Assembly: GCA_040285825.1 (NCBI GenBank)
Contig: JAUPSS010000001.1
Location: forward strand, 434,001 to 498,000
Direction: 5' to 3'
Length of the DNA: 64,000 nucleotides
Source: Eukaryota sp. TZLM1-RC
Lineage: Eukaryota; Protista; Metamonada: BaSk clade
In this document: piece after piece, positions 59,366 to 64,000 of the stretch
Layout of the letters: the number at the start of each line of letters is the position of its first letter
Numbering within the stretch: the stretch's first letter is position 1
Position numbers and translations under genes: made by a program
The notes under the pieces: generated by a model
Told to the model about the DNA's origin: nothing
What the model saw: only the letters and a program-made list of their open reading frames with translations
The model's database searches: none

Positions 59366-59703
59366 AGAAAATAGAGCAGGTTTTAATAACTATTTCATTT
59401 ATTTGCAGAACTAAATAAAATAAATAAAAAATAATAATAAATAAAATAGGTTCATGTCCAATAGGACAACATAGATTGGCCTAGATTGAATAAATTTTGA
59501 TTTAAGTTTTTCTTTCTGTATTCATTCCACAGTTCTTATCTTTATGTTATTGGAATTCCGACCAAAGCTGCTTCTCGTTCTTTTTTCTATAGGCAAATCA
59601 TTTGGTCTGTTGTTGTATTTCCAATTCTACAATTTCGCTATTATTTGCATCACCAAATACAAATTGGTGTTTGTGTCACCAATTTTGATTTCTAATATAA
59701 TGC

Positions 59704-62700
59704 TCAATCATTTGAGATTGTGGAATGCCCAAAATCATTACCTAAGTCTGATTTATTACTCAATTGTTCAATGAATCTAATTGGTTGACAAATTCTATTA
59801 TCGAACTCACATTCAGCATTTAAGATGGTGCGATGTTCGCGATCCAACTCAATATTAAAACCGTGCTCCGTGCGTAGCCCCAAGGTTTGTAATAAGTCTC
59901 TTCCGATCAAAAAATTATTGGTAACAGGAATGATCTGAAATTCGATCCTTAAAAACACTTGAGTGGCCAAGCTACCCACATTTAGAGCAAGAACACCACT
60001 TGCACATCCCGGGGTCGTGGAGCGAATACCATTTGCCGATAAGTATTCGACAGTCTTATTGTCATTAACTGTCATATTACATTTAGAGGCTAAATCCATT
60101 GATAATGCTGAAAATGCAGCTCCGTTATCAATTTCGCCTTGTACTTCCACGTTATTTATGGTGCAGGTTAACCAAAGTTCCCCGTTAGAACTTTCTTGGT
60201 CCTCTGCTACCCTGGATAGTCTAACACTGTGGATGGAACCCACAGGATTGGATGACTCTCTAAATCTTTTTAATGGATTTAGGTGATTATAATTCGAATC
60301 TGTTTTGCTCATTTTATAAATGGATTTGATTGAATTATTTGTAAGGTTATTGTTAAAAGATGTATAATCATCTGATTTATTACTACTACTTTTACGTTTT
60401 CTATCACGTCTTTCACCTCCTTGACGCTTTTTCGAACCAGGTCTTCCCACTAATTTAAAACATTTCTCTTCAGGATGTTTATTGGTTTTACATAAGTTAC
60501 ACCATTGCTCTGAAGGGATGGGTCGACTGCTTACTCTAGGGTTCTTAAAAGGACCTTTTGACTGGCTTCGTCCTTTTTGCGCAGGAGCGTGAGCACCAAA
60601 AGCTGTTCTTATCAAATTCATGTATTTGATCGAGGATTCAAGGCTATTGACCTTGTTAACAAATGCGCTACCTAAATCGTAGATCGCATCGCCCAGTTTC
60701 TCGTTGCTCGAATCATGTGTCCATCAATTGATTGTTTGTTTTGTCGTTAATAGTTTCGAGAAATCTCTTTGCTGGGTAGACGACAGACGGATTACCATCC
60801 GTTCCAGGCATAATTGTAGAGCGTCGAATTATATGATCTGCTCTATGAAGGCTGTCCATGAAGATTCAGCAGTCATTCTGCGACTGATCTCAGGTGGTCT
60901 TACAGACCTTAAAGCCTTCTCAACATCGGTAGGGTATTTGTACTGGGTGCTGAGTAGCAAATATTCCCAGATTTCGGCGTCAGATGGGTTGTTGCCTAAC
61001 ACGTTTGTTCGGCCTCCATAAAAACTCTGCCATTCTGCGATGACCTTACCCTCGATCATAAATCTCAAATACAAGGGGTCCACTTCGAAGAACATAGATC
61101 TAACGAAGTCGTACTGATGAACAGGTTGACCGTATTTGGTGATCGGCGTAAATGCTCTGGTGGGTCCATCGCGATCCCTAACTGTTTTAGCCCAATTGCC
61201 AAAGTTAAGAACGAAGTCGAAGATCTTCTTGGCGTCAAACGCTTCATTTAACTTAACTAGACATCTGAGTTTGTTGTCTATTCTTTTCCTCAATTTCTCC
61301 TCGTCTGTTACAGGAGTTCTATAAAGACCGAGGGTGTCGACGAGAGAATCTCTAGAAGCATTCGTTCCTTGGGGTTGCGTGGGTATAGATGATTTTGTAA
61401 CAGATGCTTGTGTAGGAGTTGCTTCACAAGAAGCTCTCCTAGATGCCAGAGGCCCTACAAAAGGTGTACTAAATAGGTTCATATTCCTCTCTTCTGAAGG
61501 CAATGTTTCGCCCAACTTAATGATAAATCTTGTCTTAGGAGGTTCCTCCTGCACATGTACAGTCTGGGCTGGTGGCCTTAAATCCACCCAATCTGGTGCA
61601 TCTTTAGATTCTCTAGGGACCCCTGCTAGTTTATGATCATATGGAAGGCAACTGCTCTTTATTAAGACATTCTCAAAAACATTTTGGTCGGGCCAGCTAT
61701 CAACCCATGCCTTAAGTTTTGCCATCCATGCATCAGGGTATACTAGTTTTAACTTGTTGGGGCCAACACGTTGCTCTTTCAATTCAATTACCCTTGTGCC
61801 TATTTCTCTAATATAGGACTCTTTGGTATGAAATTGAAGGGTGTCACCTCGAGATTCATCGAATCTGCCCCCAAGCATAATAAAAATGTCCGCAATGGAA
61901 TCTTTTGGGTGTACATTCTCCACTAGGAAATGCCTTACGACGCCTCTAAGGTTTCTACCTTGTTGATTATGAGGGTACATCTTAGCTATCCAAAATAGTC
62001 TGTCGTAAGCTTCTTGATTTCCACTGAAATATATTTTGTGGTCATCAATTGCATCCCTATGCCATTTGGCAGGCCTGGGAGTAGCAGCTTGATATTTTGA
62101 ACGAGGTGCGCTAAAATAGCAATCCTCGACTGCACTCATTCCACACGAGACTGCCGAATAGGTAAGATCATCCAATCTCTTCAAAAGATTTGGACTCTGA
62201 TCATAACTCTCGTAGACGACGTCGTCAAGTGTTTTGCCGTGGGCTTCCCCAAAGAGGAAGGGCCAACGTTTCGCTAAACAGTCACGTCGGACCTTCTCAC
62301 ATTCGGCTGGGTCTAGTTCTCTCGCAAGACGCTCTGACTCATTCTCAGCCATTTTTAATAATTCGTCATCACTCCAATCCATTACATCTTCGGGAGGATT
62401 GGCGATGAGGTCCAATAAGAAATCTCTAGCTACAGCCTCAACTGCCTTTGCTAATTTCCTTCGGTAAGGACCCTGAGAAGTCCTTTCCGTAGATGGGAAA
62501 CTAGGAGTTGGATTAGGAGGATTGGGTGTATGAGGTGGTTCATCATCGCTCTCATCCCCCCTCCTGCTGTAGTTCTGATTAAGAGATCCTCTGGAATCAC
62601 TTTGAGGTTCCTCACTTGAGCTGATGTCAGAAGTAGGTGAGGAGGGAGTTTTACGTGAGGAGCTAGTCGTAGACTGTTGCTCGCCTTCGCCTCCTTTACC

Positions 62701-63268
62701 TGCTGTACAAGCGTCAGATTTATTACTTACAACAAACGCTTTGAATCTCCGTTGCTCGCTCGGAGTGAGAAAACTCTTCCTACAAGGAAGGAGCTCCGAG
62801 GAGTTATTGGGATATGTGTACAGTTCTGTCACATCCACAACGTGGTTACCTCTCTCCTTATTAGGGAGGTGACTTCCTGTCTGGGAGGAAGGACTCTCCT
62901 CAGTGTGAAGTTCATTCTCCTTATTGGGGAGGTGGCTTTCTTTCTGAGAGGCAAGGCTCTTCTCAGCGGAAAGCTCACTCTCCTTAGGAGGATTACTCTT
63001 CCCGAAGGAAGGATTACTCTCTGGAGGATTACTCACCGTGGGTGGTGGATTGTTCTCCTTCAAAGAAGGGACATTACTCTTCCTCAGAGAGGAAGGAGGG
63101 TTATCATTGTGGCTTTTCAGGCCATTAATTAATGATGCTTTATCCATATATGATAACAAAGAATAAGGAATAATTTATTAGAATTTCACCGGCCCTTATA
63201 AAGGCCATCACTAGTGAACTATGTTATATAAACATAAATGTACTAGACTAATTGTCCACAGTACAACA
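59704..63268 (-). mobile_element. 3'-truncated Gypsy element: 5' LTR, very long Gag (63147-60829), Zn knuckle and protease (60621-59704)
   Basis: WCNLCKTNKHPEEKC knuckle; EIDNGAAFS protease motif; NAECEFDNRI matches EAEFDHRI after the protease of element 1. Confidence 0.85.
63151..63268 (-). repeat. Putative 5' LTR (118 bp)
   Basis: TGTTGTAC...TTATCA; interrupts the upstream integrase; contains TATAA and AATAAA; the Gag ATG starts at the 4th base after it. Confidence 0.6.
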
Positions 63269-64000
63269 ATCTGCGTTTATTCGAGCAAAAGGTCGATCTG
63301 CTCAAAGAGAGCCAGATGATTCAGTGACAGTTTTAGGCAGATGTGCCTTCTTTTGGCATGCTGGACTTCTCTTCATTTAATTAAACATGTCTTTGCGCAT
63401 GTCTGGCCAAAATTAATCACTTTCAAGTAGTTTCTTTACACTAGTCGTCACACTAGGATGGCCAACATTTGCATGTCCATAAACGATAGTTAAAGTCTGC
63501 TTGTTTAAGCTATCTGGAATAACAATTTTCCCACGATTGTTGGTAAACAATTGAATAGATGAATCATACTTGTAATCTTTATAATGATCTGGGTTTGGAT
63601 CAACGTCTATGAGTTGTTCTTGTCAGATTTTCGAAATCCAGTTTCAATTTTAAATCAAATTTAGGATTTTCAACTGCTTCTTATAGTGTCAATAAGCTAT
63701 TAATCGTGGGTAACTTAAATGTTGACAGTTGACTAATGTCACTTACTTGTTGGACTCGATGGTGTTTATGGGTTTAAATCAACCAATCTAGACAACAAGT
63801 CTGCCCAATAATTCTCCTCGCCTGCAGTGTGAACTACTTCAAAATTGAATTCTGACAATATTGTTAGCCATTTTTTCACAATTCTGTTCTTTTCAGGAGC
63901 TGATATGAGGTATGCTAAATTTCTATGATCAGTGAAAATAGTTAATTTCCTCGAAATTAAATAATTTTCTAAACTACTGTTGGTGATAATTAGTAAAATT
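63269..64000 (-). pseudogene. Gypsy RNase H and integrase Zn-finger remnant, cut by the LTR at 63268
   Basis: IFTDHRNLAYL..APEKNRIV..NYWADLL; HANVGHP..FWPDMRKD..ACQK; ADRPFARINAD. Confidence 0.85.

Noticed and set aside
189-63132. Numerous short antisense or overlapping ORFs in the supplied track
   Set aside because: They are shadows of longer, motif-supported ORFs or of repeats.

Overview
AT-rich genomic window from a eukaryote, probably a compact-genome protist. Evidence for this is a 29-nt GT-AG intron, SmE, PDCD5, MKT1 and a eukaryotic 9/4-type tRNA-Sec. Bases 1-47,700 and 59,600-64,000 are dominated by transposon remnants: decayed Ty3/Gypsy LTR retrotransposons with very short (~80-130 bp) LTRs, and many 5'-truncated RLE-type (CRE/SLACS-like) non-LTR fragments. 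Within this region sit two convergent ~2,200-aa paralogues (10345-17020 +, 38164-44823 -). Their architecture is protein kinase, repeated unknown alpha/beta domains, microbial-type PARG (DUF2263-like macrodomain), 9 PBZ-like Zn fingers, a putative DarT-like ADP-ribosyltransferase, a beta-rich domain and 4 more Zn fingers. This looks like an ADP-ribose writer, reader and eraser fused to a kinase. The 3.5-kb 3' halves are near-identical inverted repeats while the 5' halves have diverged, and one copy has a predicted pseudokinase. Between the two genes is a 10 x 1.2-kb tandem array made of TE fragments. Bases 48,000-59,400 form a compact host-gene island: MKT1, tRNA-Sec, a decayed Fanzor, a D-amino-acid-transaminase-like gene, PDCD5, SmE and a coiled-coil/beta-propeller protein. 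All domain calls come from visual motif recognition, not from database searches.
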